Below, piece by piece: positions 62,438 through 64,000 of a stretch of DNA of 64,000 nt. Position numbers and translations under genes: made by a program. Each line of letters begins with the position of its first letter. The stretch's first letter is position 1. The stretch is taken from the IMG/VR virus record IMGVR_UViG_3300025018_000101, positions 1-64,000 of that record. One strand, 5' to 3'. Source of the stretch: a virus. The notes beneath the pieces were generated by a model. It saw nothing but the letters and a program-made list of their open reading frames with translations, was not told the origin of the DNA and made no database searches.

Positions 62438-64000
62438 ATGGGCGACTGGGGATTCACGAAGCTGGCCGAAGAGGTGCGACGGCTTGTCCAGGAGACGCAG
62501 GCCGAGACTCCCGAGGGGGAGGGGCCGGCGTTCCACGGTAAGATCAGCGACATCAAGGGGCTGCGCTCCGTGCTGGCCCCGGCGTCCGAGCGACGCGATG
62601 CCATCCGCAAGCAGGCCGTGGCCTCGATGTACAACGTCTTCCCGATCAAGGGGACGAACTACGACGTCACCGTGCACGACGTCAGGGTCGACGCGGCCGA
62701 CTACACCCTCGAGGACATGAAGGAGGCGGTGCTGGCCCGCAAGTCGCTGACCGAGCCCATCAAGGCCACGGTCCGCATCACCGACAAGGCCTCCGGCAGG
62801 GTACTGGACGAGCAGAAGAAGACGCTCGGCCACCTGCCGTTCATGACGGACCACCACACCTTCATCCTCGACGGGAACCCGTACGCCCTCTCGAGTCAGT
62901 TGCGAGTCAAGCCGGGGGTGTACACCCGGATGCGCAGCAACGGGGACCTCGAGAGCGCGTTCAACCTGGGGCGCGGGGCGAACTTCCGCCTGTTCATGGA
63001 CCCGATGCGCGGCGTCTTCCACATCCAGTACGGGGCGACCAAGACGCCCCTGTACCCGATCCTGGTCGCACTCGGCGTGCAGGAGTCGGTCATCGCGCAG
63101 GCGTGGGGCAAGGACCTGGCGGACGCCAACCGCGCGGCATCCCGCGGCAAGGAGCGCCTCGCCCTGGCGACGCTCTACGCCAAGGTCGTCCCGATGTCGA
63201 AGCGCTCGAAGGCCCCCAGCGAGGCTGACATGGTGGCGGCCATCCGGGAGGCGTATGGCAACACCGTGCTCGACCCGGCGGTGACCAAGGCCACGCTGTC
63301 CATGGCGGTCTCCTCGGTGACGCCCCTGGCCCTGCTGGCCGCCAGCAAGAAGATCCTCGGCGTCTACAACGAGACCGAGCAGGAGGACGACCGCGACGAC
63401 CTCCAGTTCAAGACGCTGCACACCCCGGACACCTTCGTCAAGGAGCGCATCGAGAAGGATGCCGCTCGGGGTGTCCTGCTGCGGAGCCGCTTCAAGCTCA
63501 ACCGCACCGCCGACCCGAAGGTGAAGGACGTCCTGCCTTCGGCGCCGTTCTCCGGAGCGCTTCGGAGCCTCATCACCCAGAGCTCCCTGGCGCAGGCCCC
63601 CAGCCAGATCAACCCTGTCGAGCTCATCGATGGCGCGGTCAAGGTCACCAGCCTCGGCGAGGGCGGCATCTCCTCGCTGCGCTCGGTCCCCGAGTCCACG
63701 AGGTCGCAGCACGCCAGTCACCTCGGCATGCTCGATCCGGTGCGCACTGCAGAGTGCTACGACGACCAGACGGAGGTCTACACGCGCGCGGGGTGGGTGC
63801 GCTGGCCTGACGTCGATGAGAACGCGGAGTTCGCCTGCCTCATCGACGGCCGCCTGGCGTTCCATCCGCCCCTGCGCCTGATCTCCGCGCCCTACGACGG
63901 TGAACTGCTGTGCGTGACGACGAGTCGGCGCGTCGGGTACGCGGTTACGCCCAACCACCGCCTCCACGTTCGGCCCACGGACCTGCGCGGCAATGCGTCG
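62438..64000 (+). CDS. rpoB: phage multisubunit RNA polymerase beta subunit, 5' part, intein-containing (runs off the window)
   Basis: Segments translated by hand in one frame: GHLPFMTDHHTFILDG...SQLRVKPGVY and SLAQAPSQINPVELI...VTSLGEGG...HASHLGMLDPVRTAE. Absent from the ORF track because there is no stop in the window. Confidence 0.88.
   Translation, partial: MGDWGFTKLAEEVRRLVQETQAETPEGEGPAFHGKISDIKGLRSVLAPASERRDAIRKQAVASMYNVFPIKGTNYDVTVHDVRVDAADYTLEDMKEAVLARKSLTEPIKATVRITDKASGRVLDEQKKTLGHLPFMTDHHTFILDGNPYALSSQLRVKPGVYTRMRSNGDLESAFNLGRGANFRLFMDPMRGVFHIQYGATKTPLYPILVALGVQESVIAQAWGKDLADANRAASRGKERLALATLYAKVVPMSKRSKAPSEADMVAAIREAYGNTVLDPAVTKATLSMAVSSVTPLALLAASKKILGVYNETEQEDDRDDLQFKTLHTPDTFVKERIEKDAARGVLLRSRFKLNRTADPKVKDVLPSAPFSGALRSLITQSSLAQAPSQINPVELIDGAVKVTSLGEGGISSLRSVPESTRSQHASHLGMLDPVRTAECYDDQTEVYTRAGWVRWPDVDENAEFACLIDGRLAFHPPLRLISAPYDGELLCVTTSRRVGYAVTPNHRLHVRPTDLRGNAS
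63755..64000 (+). mobile_element. intein, N-terminal splicing region
   Basis: Block A CYDDQTEVYTRAGW and block B VTPNH, inserted right after the RTAE (E. coli ETPE-equivalent) motif. Confidence 0.85.

Noticed and set aside
1-64000. Complete diversity-generating retroelement or retron
   Set aside because: No reverse transcriptase motifs and no template/variable repeat pair were found in the window; the adenine-pattern observations remain speculative.
1-64000. Alternative genetic code or prophage/host boundary
   Set aside because: TAG, TGA and TAA all end genes that are tightly coupled to the next start, and conserved genes are uninterrupted. No integrase, att site or cellular housekeeping operon was seen.

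Overview
This window is a 64-kb piece of a high-GC jumbo (giant) bacteriophage genome with a contractile tail; it does not look like cellular DNA. It encodes a GpA-type terminase large subunit, a portal-like protein, a baseplate/tail module (GpD/VgrG-like hub, gp25-like, baseplate J, wedge, tail fibre) and two putative peptidoglycan hydrolases. Replication and transcription genes include a family-A DNA polymerase with an N-terminal UDG-like domain, a CHC2/TOPRIM primase-helicase, RusA, a SNF2-like helicase, a sigma-70-like domain, and the 5' part of an intein-containing RNA polymerase beta subunit that the ORF track missed. Three unusual things stand out. (1) A family of proteins shares a leader, MNA-x2-G-x3-A-[FL]-K-[VT]-A-G, or a shorter K-x-A site, usually just before glycine-zipper segments, and is fused to different cargoes (ART-fold domain, Nudix plus sigma factor, SNF2 helicase). 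I interpret this as a protease-processed, virion-packaged polymorphic effector system; that is inference. (2) At 60.3-62.4 kb there is a tandem array of minus-strand promoter-payload-terminator cassettes (GGYATAAG promoter, hairpin+TTTAG terminator) carrying highly structured candidate ncRNAs, one with a D-armless tRNA-like domain. (3) At 40.6-42.9 kb each small gene is preceded by a repeated multi-hairpin element. All product calls rest on motifs recognised by eye; no database search was run.
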